Shown one piece after another: positions 37,205-48,072 of a DNA stretch of 64,000 nt (positions are counted from its first letter, which is position 1; each line of letters begins with the position of its first letter). The DNA lies in NCBI RefSeq assembly GCF_963921235.1, contig NC_086109.1:24988001-25052000 (forward strand), given 5' to 3'. The notes beneath the pieces are model-generated. The model had not been told where the DNA came from and did no database searches. It worked only from the letters and a program-made list of their open reading frames with translations. This stretch comes from Mobula hypostoma (lineage: Eukaryota). The position numbers were made by a program, and so were the translations under genes.

Positions 37205-38600
37205 TGGGTGCGCATAAAATGTGCAGATAACACCACTGTTGCTGGTAAAATCTCAAATGGCAACAAAGAGGCATACGGGAGTGAGATAGATCAGCTGGTT
37301 AAGTGGTGCTGTAGGATCAACCTTGAAATGTCAGCATTGAACATTCATCAAGGAACTGATTGCGGACTTCAGGAAGGGGAGGTTGTGATAGCATACACCA
37401 GTTCTCACTGTGGGTCAGTGATAGAAACGGTGAGCACCTTTAAGATCCTGGGTGAACACATCTTTGAGGATATGTCCTGAGCACAACTCATTGATGCAAC
37501 CACATGGAAAGCATCCTACCAGATCTATTTCCTGAGGGGTTTGAGGACATTTGATATGTCACCGAAGAGAGCATTCTGGCTATGTGCGTCACAGCCTGGT
37601 GTGTTCGTCCATCATCGACATCGATGAGGACCTCGACGCCATTTGATGGTGTCGAGACTAGCGTATGATTTGGATTTAAGTGAGGGAGAGTTGCGCAGCG
37701 TCAGCCTCACTCTCTCTTCCCAATTCCCCTCTGGGTCCAGTGGCAAGACAGAGTCTAGACGGCTGGAGATAGGACTAGGCGCAGTGGATGACCAGGACGT
37801 CTTCTGTGTCTTGTCCTGCTCTACACGTTCCATGACGTTTGCAGAGACCGCCTTCTTGACCATTGGACCTTCCATTGGTCTCGTCCACTCAGTCTGCCAG
37901 AGTCTGTCTTCACACACTGGGATAGACAACACCCTATCTCACCGAGGGTTGGAGACCTGTCAGCTACCCTCACCTGGTTTAGCCGGCTTGTCAAAGCCAT
38001 TGCCCGGGGTGTGGCCACTGTCGCATGCAAACAGCTACAGGGAGCCACAGGTGAGAGCTGAGTGCCAGGTGGGGACTAAAGGTGGATTAACCGCCCTGAA
38101 AAGGACGCAACATGTTCCCCCACCAGAGGTACTACCCCTCCCTGACACCCCATACACCCCATACACACCATCACAGCCTGGTATGGAGGCTCCAAAGCAC
38201 AGGATCACAAGAGCCTACAAAGAGTTGAAGATTCAACCAGCTTCATCACGCACACATCCCTATCACCATCAAGTACATTTCCAAGAGGCAGTGCTTCAAG
38301 AAGGTAACATCCATCATTAAGGGCACTCTTTATCTGAGACATGTCCTCATCTCATTATTCCAACAGGGAGGTACAGGATCATAAAGATCTGCACCCTACA
38401 ATTCAGAAACAGCTTCTTCTCTTCCACCATCAGATTTCTAAATGGTCAATATATGCTACCTTATGCTTTTTTTTTGTACTATTTATTTATTTTTTTTATA
38501 GTGATAGTATTCCTTTGCATGGAACTGCAAAAAAAAAATCAAAAACCATGTCACACAAGACTGAGATAATAAACCTGATTTTCATTTTGATTCTGCAACT
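37205..38600 (+). mobile_element. Degraded Rex1/Babar 3' half, interrupted at 37601-38170
   Basis: IKCADNTTVAGKIS...LVKWC...FKILG, continuing after the insertion to a (TGATT)-type tail. Confidence 0.8.
37601..38170 (-). mobile_element. Non-autonomous RTE-derived (bipartite SINE-like) element
   Basis: 12-bp TSD TCACAGCCTGGT (37589-37600 and 38171-38182). RTE-type 5'UTR blocks, CpG retained. Confidence 0.75.
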
Positions 38601-40834
38601 AGAAGGGCAAAGGTAGCAGGCATTTGGGAATACCTTCCAATTTCCCTTCCTGATTTGAGCACAAACCACCATCCCTCCATCACCTCTAAGTAAAAATGCT
38701 GGGATCCCTAATCTAACAGTGCTGTGAGTCAGCGGAATCACACAGACTGTGTAGAAGTTCAGTTATATGGGCTACCAATATCGCCATCTCAGACTGTCTC
38801 AAGTCAGACTAAGAGTAGTGATACACATCCCAAGAATGAATTTAAAATTATTAGGTGGTTGAGCTCCAAAGTGACAGTGACTTTTTGGTTTTTGGATTTT
38901 CCAATGGTCTCATTTTCCATGGAGAGTAGATGATGTTTGCTAATTTAATGCAGAAGTATTTCAGTAGTTGGATTTTTATGAAATTCATCTAGGCTCAGAG
39001 GAATGCACATTACCAGGAATGGAAATATTGGAGTTGATGGTCAAATAATTTGCCTGAATTGTCCATTTGAAAGAACACGAGGGCAGCTGTTAAGAAATAT
39101 GTTTAACTTCAGTCTTCCAGTAATTTTCCTGTTTATCCGTCCATGGGGATTCACCATTGCCCAAAGAATTGCATCCTGATCTGTTGATTTAGCTTTTAAG
39201 TGGGAAACACGTTCAAATCTTCAATCTCTTGTGTCCACACCCCCTGAATGGCCTTGTCAAAAGGTAAGCATGTGTCTCATTTACAAAGATAAAGTTACTT
39301 TACTGCCTAACGATTATCATGTAACATCACTGGAGATTAACTCGTTATGTGATGCATCCATTGCTAAAGGGATCATGCACTGATTTTGATCTAGCACCCG
39401 ACAAACAATCATCCAGAATTGAAAGAATTAGCAAATTTGCTGGAATTTAAAATATTCAAGATGAAATGAAAAAAGCAGTAAAGGGCAACGGTTGGCAAAA
39501 CAAGTGATAGGCACAGTTAACAAGTTACTTAGAAAGTCTGGTTCCTATCTTTAATTCTATTTGAGCAAATTCTCCATGAGAGGACCTGAAATAAGTTTAG
39601 CTGCTTCCATGAGTTGGCAATCAACCAAGTCTTCTTATACTTTTCCTGTTTTTTCCACTTTCCCTGGGTTGAATTTTCTTGTTCAGTAGATTTGGAAAGG
39701 ACTAATCTTGTGGATAGATCATAAATATTAAATAGCAATTAAAATATCTGGAAATTAATTAAGACACTGATGCAGAAAGCAAGACAGAAAATAAAACAAT
39801 ATTAAGGTCTGAAGTAGTAACTAGGTAGGCTAAGCTTGGATTTAAAAGCTTGAAGATTATCAAAAGGAAGGATTCTGAGTAAAGATTTTTACAGTGGCAA
39901 ATTCTTGGAAAGAATGACTTAGAATTGGAGACAGGGCATGAGGCTTAATTTCAACACTTACAGTAGACAGAAGAGGGGGGAGGTCTAAGAGAAACAAAGG
40001 AAGAAAGTTTTCAAATGAGCAATAACCAATAAATAAATAGGAAGATGCAACAAAAGGTCAACAGGGAGAGACAGAGTGGAGACATAGATCATCAGCAGCT
40101 GTCTGTCACATATTTAGGAAGGAGTCAGCATGCAATATGAAGATGTTTTATCTAATTCCACACTTGTAAGGTATGGGTTAAAAATGTAATCAAGTATTCA
40201 ATGGAATTGTTTCTTTTTACCACTTCAAATGGTTCCAAGTTTGAGGAATTACAGTTCTGGGAAAAGCTGTGGTTGAGAAAAGAAGGCTAAGAGATTTAAT
40301 AAAGGGATTAAAATCATAAGCAGTTCCATTCATGTCTTTGTGTTAATGTTAACATAATAGTTTCTTTTTACCTTTAACATTTTGAGGTTGGCTGATTAAA
40401 GTCTTTTATGTGAAAACTGTTCTCTTAAAAATTAGAACAAGTTAAGTGATTGCTCATTCCATAAAATTCATGTGCAGGCAAGAATTAAATGGAAGTTCTT
40501 AAATGTGCCAGAGCATGGGACAACCTCCACACTTACTGGTGACCCATCCATGTTAATGCACTCTTCCAGCACTTGGCCTATAGTCGTCTATACCTGGACA
40601 ATACAGGCACTCGTCTGGACACTGCTTAAATACTATCAGTAACTCTGCCTCTACCCCTCTCTTAGGCAGTGTATTCCAGGTACTTGCCATTCTCTGGGTG
40701 AAAAGATCCTTGCCCCTTATCCTAAATCTCTTTCCTCTAGTTTTATTTGCCGCTGATAAAGGGAAAATATTCCTGCAGTCTGCTCTATTTGTATTTTATA
40801 TACCTCAATCAATGTCTTCTGTTCATCTCCTCCA

Positions 40835-41318
40835 GTCAGTCAGTCAGTGGGTGCTGTCCCGAATCCGGAGTTGGTGGCTATTCACCTCCATCTTCTTTGA
40901 TCTTGCGACAGCACCAAGTACAGCCTCTACTCCAGTTTGTTCTCGCTGGCCACCTTGGCTCCGCTCGCTGCTGTCCCTGCCGAACTCGAGCCCGAGGCCG
41001 TGTCGGCCTCCAGCCACGGCCGCTTCTTCGAGCTCAGCCCTTCCTTAGGCAGAGGCCTTGGGCAGGTCCAGGCACACGGTGCAGCGCCCAAGTTCATCAT
41101 GTTGCTTCTAACTAGGTGCATAGCATACGATTCGTAGATACGTGGTGAAGCTTTAATCTCTTCCCGGAAGATGGCCGTTGGCTGACAAGGAGCTCATCTG
41201 CCCTTTGCAGATTTTGTTTTTTTTTTAGTTCTGCTGGGTGTCCTCACACCCTCCTCACCAGACTAAGTCCGGTGTAGGAGACGGCCCAAGTCGTCGACCA
41301 CTCGACCACGGCCCCACT
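40835..41318 (-). mobile_element. CpG-rich SINE-like element with (GACT)n tail, nested in a CR1 3' fragment
   Basis: Abrupt GC/CpG-rich block with (CAGT)n at the left end. CR1 3' sequence flanks both sides. Family uncertain, probably RTE-mobilised. Confidence 0.6.
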
Positions 41319-42059
41319 CAGGGAAAAAACACCCAGCCTCTCCAGTCTCCACATATAAACAAAATGTTCCATACCAGGCAACAGCCTGATGAATCTCCCC
41401 TGCATCCCCTCCAGCCTAGAGTTGGGAGTCCAGCTGCACCAGAGCAGGATGTGGCACTCGGGTATAAATGCCAGAAAGATGCATGTTCAATCACTAGTTT
41501 GTGCTGTGATGAACAATGCTAATTAAAAGACAATGCATTACACCTAACACTGATTTTGTTTTCATCTGATCTTCATTCATTTCCTTTGCAGAAGATCTCA
41601 CTTGTGGAATTCCAGGCGGATTTTCTTCTATGGTTCTATTGACTTCTCATCTACCATTAGCTTACTCCGCACGGATTGAGCCAGGCTTGTTCAAGGGCCA
41701 TATTCATTAATCAATTTGAGGATTTAAGTTAAAATGTAACTGTTAACCTTGAGAAATGCCAGATATGAGGCAAGGCCAGAAGATAGATATCTTGCACTGT
41801 TCTCCAGTGTACCCAATGTGTAAGGTCATCATGTCCACACTTTATTTTCTTCCCCTGTTGATAGGTTCATGTGTCTCATCGATATGGCGCAATCATTTAT
41901 TAGAAATATAAGTCTCTCAGCAATGCTGCAGTTTCAGCCGTGGAAACTTGGCAATGGCTAACTCTCAATGCCCCACAAACTGGGCTCGTAGGTTAAAGTG
42001 ATCTGTGCCTTGAGGACTGCTGCAAATATTTGAACAGATCTAACTGGAAACTAAACAAA

Positions 42060-45000
42060 GCAGGACCAGAAAGGTAGTCATCTCGGGATGACTGCCTGTG
42101 CCACGTGACAGTGAGTATAGGAATAGAGTGAGGTGGAGGATAAATACATGGCTGATGGATTGGAGCAGGGGGCAGGGATTCAGATTTCTGGATCATTGGG
42201 ACCTCTTTTGGGGCAGGAGTGAACTGTACAAAAAGGACGGGTTGCACTTGAATCCCAGGAAGACCAATATCCTGGCGGGGAGGTTTGCTAAGGCTACTGG
42301 GGAGAGTTTAAACTGGGATTGCTGGGGGGTGGGAACCAAACTGATGAGACGGAGGAAGAGGTGGTTGGCTCACAAATAGAGAAAGCTTGGAGACAGTGCG
42401 AGAGGGAGGATAAGCAGGTGATAGACAAGGGGTGGGCTCAGACGGGTGTTTTCAGATGTGTCTATTTTAATGCAAGGAGTATTATGAACAAAGCAGATGA
42501 GCTTAGAGTGTGGATCAGTACTTGGAGCTATGATGTTGTAGCCATTACAGAGACTTGGATGGCTCAGGGGCAGGAATGGTTACTTAGAGTGCCAGGTCTT
42601 AGATGTTTCAGAAAGGACAGGGAGGGAGGCAAAAGAGGTGGGGGCATGGCACTGTTGATCAGAGATAGTGTCACAGTTGCAGAAAAGGAGGAAGACATGG
42701 AGAGATTGTCTACAGAGTTTCTGTGGGTGGAAGTTAGGAACAGGAAAGAATCAATAATTCTACTGGATGTTTTTATAGGCCACCCAATAGTAACAGGGAC
42801 ATCAAGGAGCAGATAGGGAGACAGATTCTGGAAAAGTGTAATAATAACAAGGTTGTCGTGGTGGGAGATTTTAATTTCCCAAATATCAATTGGCATGTCT
42901 CTAGAGCAAGGGGTTTAGATGGGGTGGAGTTTGTTAGGTGTGTTCAAGAAGGTTTCTTGACACAATATGTAGATAAGCCTACACGAGGAAAGGCTGTACT
43001 TGATCTGGTATTGGGAAATGAACCTGGTCAGGTGTCAGATCTCTCAGTGGGAGAGCATTTTGGAGATAGTGATCACAATTCTATCTCCTTTACCATAGAA
43101 TTGGAGAGGGATAGGAACAGATAAGTTAGGAAAGTGTTTAATTGGAGTAAGGGGAAATATGTGGTTATCAGGCAGGAATTGGGAACAGATGTTCTCAGGG
43201 AAATATACGGAAGATATTTGGCAAATGTTCAGAGGATACTCATGTAGAGTTCTGCATAGGTACGTTTCCATGACAGAGGGAAAGGATGGTAGGGTACAGG
43301 AACCGTGGTGTACTAAAGCTGATGTAAATCTAGTCAAGGAGAAAAGAAGAGCTTACGAAAGGTTCAAAAAAACTAGGTAATGATAGAGATCTAGAAGATC
43401 ATAAGGCTGGCAGGAAGGGGCTTAAGAAAGAAATTAGGAGAGCCAGAAGGGGCCATGAGAAGGACTTGATGGACAGGATTAAGGAAAACCCCAAGGCATT
43501 CTACAAGTATGTGAAGAGCAAGAGGATAAGACATGAGAAAATAGGACCAATCAAGTGTGACAATGGAAAAGTGTGTATGGAACCAGAGGAGATAGCAGAG
43601 GTGCTTGTTGTTGTTCTTGTTGTTTGTCCTTCGTAGTCGAAGATGACCATGGCTTCAAAGTCAAATGGGAGATTGGTGGCTGTGGGTCCGGAGGTGACTG
43701 ATGAGGCCAATCCGGGCCCTGTAGGCTCGCCCACATGTGGGACACAAGTGGGTGGGTGCTGTCGTGGCAGTGGATGCTGCTCGGGCCTTGCACACAGCAC
43801 GCTTTCGTTGTGCCTCGATGATGCGCCTGACTTCAGCTGCATGGGCTCCTGTGGTGATCTTGCTGCACCAAGCTGGACGGTCGAGGGCAAGCGTCTCCCA
43901 CGTGTTGATGTTGACACCCAGGCCTTTGAGGGACGCTTTAAGGCAGTCTTTGTAATGTTTCTTCTGCCCCCCGACTGAGCGCTTGACCTGACACAGTTCT
44001 CCGTACAGCAGCTGCTTAGGCAATGGGCTGTCTGGCATTCTGACCACATGTCCAGCCCACCTGGCTTGGGCTTTCAGCAGGAGGGTGTAGACGCTGCAGA
44101 GCCCAGCTCGTTCCAGGATTTCCGTGTCGGGGACTTTGTCCTGCCACCTGATGTGGAGGAGTCTGCGGAGACAGCTCAGGTGAAAGTGGTTGAGCTGTTT
44201 GGCATGTCTGATGTAGACAGTCCAGGTCTCGCTGGCGTAAAGGAGGGTGGTAAGGACCACTGCACAGTAGACCTTCAGCTTGGTGGTAAGGCTGAGTCCT
44301 CTCCGCTCCCAGATGTTCTCATGGAGTATCCCAAAGGCGGCGCTGGCTTTAGCAATCCTGTTGTTGACCTCAGCGTCTATGTTCACTGCGCGAGAGAGTA
44401 TGCTGCCCAGGTAGGTGAAGTTGTCGACTGCCTGGAGGTTCTGGCCCTTCACCGTGATGCGCAGTTCCTGGCATGGCTTTCCTGGGGCAGGCTGGTACAT
44501 AACTTCGGTGTTTTTGGTTCTGATAGTGAGACCGAAGTTGTCGCAGGCTTGTGAGAAGCAGTCCATTTCACGCTGCATCTCCTGCTCTGTGCTGGCGTTG
44601 AGTGCGCAGTCATCAGCAAACAACAAGTCTCTGATGACAGTCTCTCGCACCGTTGTAACTGCCTGCAGGCGCCTAAGGTTGAACAACCTGCCGTCAGTCC
44701 TGTATCTGACGTGGATTCCTTCTTCGTGGTTACGGAAGGCATCTGTCAGCATGGCAGAGAATACCATACTGAACAGAGTCGGGGCAAGAACGCAGCCTTG
44801 TTTGACACCATTTGTCACTGGGAAGGCCTCCGACTCGTCACCATCATCCAGAACTTTCACCATCATACCGTCGTGGAACTGCCGGACGATTGTGATGAAC
44901 TTGCTGGGGCAGCCAAACTTCTCCATGATCTTCCACAAGCCTTCTCTGCTGCCCGTATCGAAAGCCTTGGTTAGATCGACAAAGGTCACGAAGAGGTCGC

Positions 45001-47452
45001 TGTGTTGCTCCTGGCATTTTTCCTGGAGTTGGCGTGCAGCAAAAATCATGTCCGCGGTCCCACGTTCAGCACGGAAGCCGCACTGGCTTTCTGGGAGCAG
45101 ACCTTGCTCAAGATGTTGGAGAAGGTGGTTGAGCAGGACGCGGGCCAGAATCTTCCCCGCAATGGACAAGAGGGAGATGCCTCGGTGGTTGTCGCAAGAC
45201 TGGCGGTTGCCTTTCCTCTTGTAGATGTGGACTATGCTGGCATCTTTCAGCTGTTGCGGGACCTGTCCCTTTTTCCACATGGACTGGAAGAGTACAGTCA
45301 GCTTTTGCATCATGACAGGGCCTCCTGCTTTGTATACCTCAGCAGGGATTGCATCGGGTCCTGGCGCTTTGGCACAGGAGAGTTGCTTCACTGCCTTCCT
45401 GACTTCATCTACTGTGGGGAGGGTGTCGAGGTTCTTGTTGATCTCTACCTTGGGCAGGCGGGCAATGGCCTCGTCGTTGATGTCGGCAGGGCGGTTAAGG
45501 ACGTTGTTAAAGTGCTCAGCCCACTGATCCAGAATCTGCTTCTTCTCTGTCAGCAGCTGCCTCTCATCTGCGTTGAGGAGGGGTGAGGAGCCGGAGGACT
45601 GGGGTCCGTATACAGCCTTAAGCGCATCGTAGAAGTGCTTTATGTCGTGGCTGTCTGCATAGCCGTGGATTTCATCGGCCTTCTTGCTGAACCAGCTGTC
45701 CTGCATCTCGTGAAGTTTTTTCTGCAAGTAAACTTAATGGCGGTAAGCTGGCCAAGGTGAAGTACTCATTAAGTGCTTAATGAGTACTTTGCTTCAGTAT
45801 TCACTATGGAAAAGGATCTTGGTGATTGTAGGGATGACTTACAGTGGACTGAAAAGCTAGAGCATGTAGATATTAAGAAAGAGGGTGTGCTGGAGCTTTT
45901 GGAAAGCATCAAGTTGGATCTGTCACTAGGACAGGATGAGTTGTACCCCAGGCTACTGTGGGAGGCGAGAGAGGAGATTGAGCCTCTGAGAATGGTAGAG
46001 GTTCCGGGCGATTGGGGGGTCGCGGATGTTGTTCCCTTATTCAAGAAAAGGAGTAGAGATAGCCCAGGAAATTATAGACCAGTGAGTCTTCAGTGGTTGG
46101 TAAGTTGATGGAGAAGATCCTGAGAGGCAGGATTTATGAACATTTGGAGAGACATAATATGATTAGGAATAGTCAGCATGGCTTTGTGAAAGGCAGGTCG
46201 TGTCTTACGAGCCTGATTGAATTTTTTGAGGATGTGACTGAATACATTGATGAAGGTAGAGCCGTAGATGTAGTGTATATGGATTTCAGCAAGGCATTTG
46301 ACAAGGTACCCCATGCAAGGCTTATTGAGAAACTAAGGAGGCATGGAATCCAATGGGACATTACTTTGTGGATCCAGAACTGGCTTGCCCACAGAAGGCA
46401 AAGAGTGGCTGTAGACAGGTCATATTCTGCATGGAGGTTGGTCACCAGTGGTGTGCCTCAGGGATCTGTTCTGGGACCCCTACTCTTCGTGATTTTTATA
46501 AATGACCTAGATGAAAAAGTGGAGGGATGGGTTAGTAAATTTGCTGATGACACAAAGTTTGGAGGTTTTGTGGATAGTGTGGAGGGCTGTCAGAGGTTAC
46601 CGAGGAACAGTAGTAGAATGCAAAACTGGGCTGAAAAGTGGCAGATGGAGTTCAACCCAGATAAGTATGAGGTGGTTCATTTAGGTAGGTCAGATATGAT
46701 GGTAGAATATAGTTTTAATGGTAAGACTCTTGGCAGTGTGGAGGATCAGAGAGATCTTGGGGTCCAAGTCCATAGGACACTCAAAACTGCAGCGCAGGTT
46801 GACTCTGTGGTTAAGAAAGCGTATGGTGCATTGGCCTTCATCAGTTGAGGGATTGAGTTTGGGAGCCAAGAGGTAATATTGCAGCTCTATAGGACCCTGG
46901 TCAGACCCCGCTAGGAGTACTGTGCTCAGTTCGGGTCACCTCACTACAGGAAGGATGTGGAAACCATAGAAAGGGTGCAGAGGAGATTTAGGAGGGTGTT
47001 GCCTGGATTGGGAAGCATGCCTTATGAGAACAGGTTGAGTGAACTCGGCCTTTTTTCCTTGGAGTGACGGTGGATGATAGGTGACCTGATAGAGCTGTAT
47101 AAGATGATGAGAGGCATTGATCATGTGGATAGTCAGAGGCTTTTCCCCAAGGCTGAAATGGCTAGCACGAGAGGGCACAGTTTTAAGGTGCTTGGAAGTA
47201 GGTACAGAGGGGATGTCAGGGGTAGCTTTTTTATGCAGAGAGTGGTGAGTGCATGGAATGGGCTGCCGGCGACAGTGGTGGAGGTGGATATGATAGGGTC
47301 TTTTAAGAGACTCCTGGACCAGGTACATGGAGCTCCGAAAAATAGAGTGCTGTGTGCAACCCTCAGTAATTTCTAAAGTAAGGACACGTTCGGCACAGCT
47401 TTGTCGGCCGAAGGGCCTGTATTGTGCTGTAGTTTTTCTATGTTTCTGTTTC
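42060..47452 (+). mobile_element. Long CR1 LINE (ORF1 esterase C-terminus + ORF2 endonuclease/RT), split by an RTE insertion
   Basis: ORF1 SGNH-type ...LYKKDGLHLN. Endonuclease CVYFNARSI, VAITETW, VGDFNFP, GDSDHN. RT SQHGF, YMDFSKAFDKVPH, SGVPQGSVLGP, KFADDTK. (TTTCTATG) tail. Confidence 0.95.
43607..45727 (-). mobile_element. Young 5'-truncated RTE (BovB-like) LINE with an uninterrupted 688-codon RT frame (43661-45727)
   Basis: KAPGPDAIPAE, NHRGISLLS, LPESQCGFR, FVDLTKAFD, GVKQGCVLAPTLF, LLFADD, and C-terminal C2H2 CPTCGR...HLRTH. (CAA)n tail. TSD GTGCTT (43601-43606 and 45773-45778). Confidence 0.95.
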
Positions 47453-47565
47453 TAAAGGCGGGGACATCTTGATTCTGACATATGTGTAGGATTGAGTGCA
47501 TGTTTCATACATATCCACAAGGTATCCAGGTGATCACAATTAATTCCATGAAGAACCTAGTTTAA

Positions 47566-47705
47566 AAACGCGGACACGAGGAAATCTGCAGTTGCTGGAA
47601 ATTCAAGCAACACACACAAAAAATGCTGATGGAACGCAGCAGGCCAGGCAGCATCTGTAGGAAGAGGTACAGTGGACATTTCGGGCCGGGACCCTTCGTC
47701 AGGAC
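47566..47705 (-). mobile_element. Short Penelope-type element with a mutated hammerhead core
   Basis: TSD ACCTAGTTTAA (47555-47565 and 47706-47716). Minus strand reads CTGACGA AGGGTCCCGGCCC GAAATGTC. Confidence 0.75.
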
Positions 47706-47877
47706 ACCTAGTTTAATGGGATTGATTTAGAGACACAATGTGTATTCAGCTCATTTCAATTCAAAAGATTAAGGGCTGATCTAGTCAAAATGTTTAAGGT
47801 AATTAAAAGTTTGATGGAGTAGATAGGAACTCTTTTCTCTCATGAGGAACCCAGAACAAGAAGGTAGGTTAATGATA

Positions 47878-48072
47878 AACACAAGGGATTTTGCAGATGT
47901 TGGAAATCCAGAGTAACATACGCAAAATACTGGAGGAACTCAACAGGTCAGACTGCTGCTATGGAGAGGAATAAAGAGCCGACAGTTTCGGTCGAGACCC
48001 TTCATCAGTCCTTACTCCCTGACTCTTTATTTCTCTTCATAGATGCTGTCTGCATTTCCAGCATTTTGTGGG
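47878..48072 (-). mobile_element. Hairpin Penelope-type element with a hammerhead core at 47981-48008
   Basis: Minus strand reads CTGATGA AGGGTCTCGACC GAAACTGTC, with inverted flanking arms. Confidence 0.7.

Noticed and set aside
37643..38320. 225-aa ORF as a host gene
   Set aside because: It spans a TSD-flanked non-autonomous element and the flanking Rex1 sequence, and has no recognisable domain.
43501..45586. Several long overlapping ORFs (269, 194, 182, 168 aa) around the RTE
   Set aside because: These are antisense or alternate-frame shadows of the GC-rich RTE ORF.
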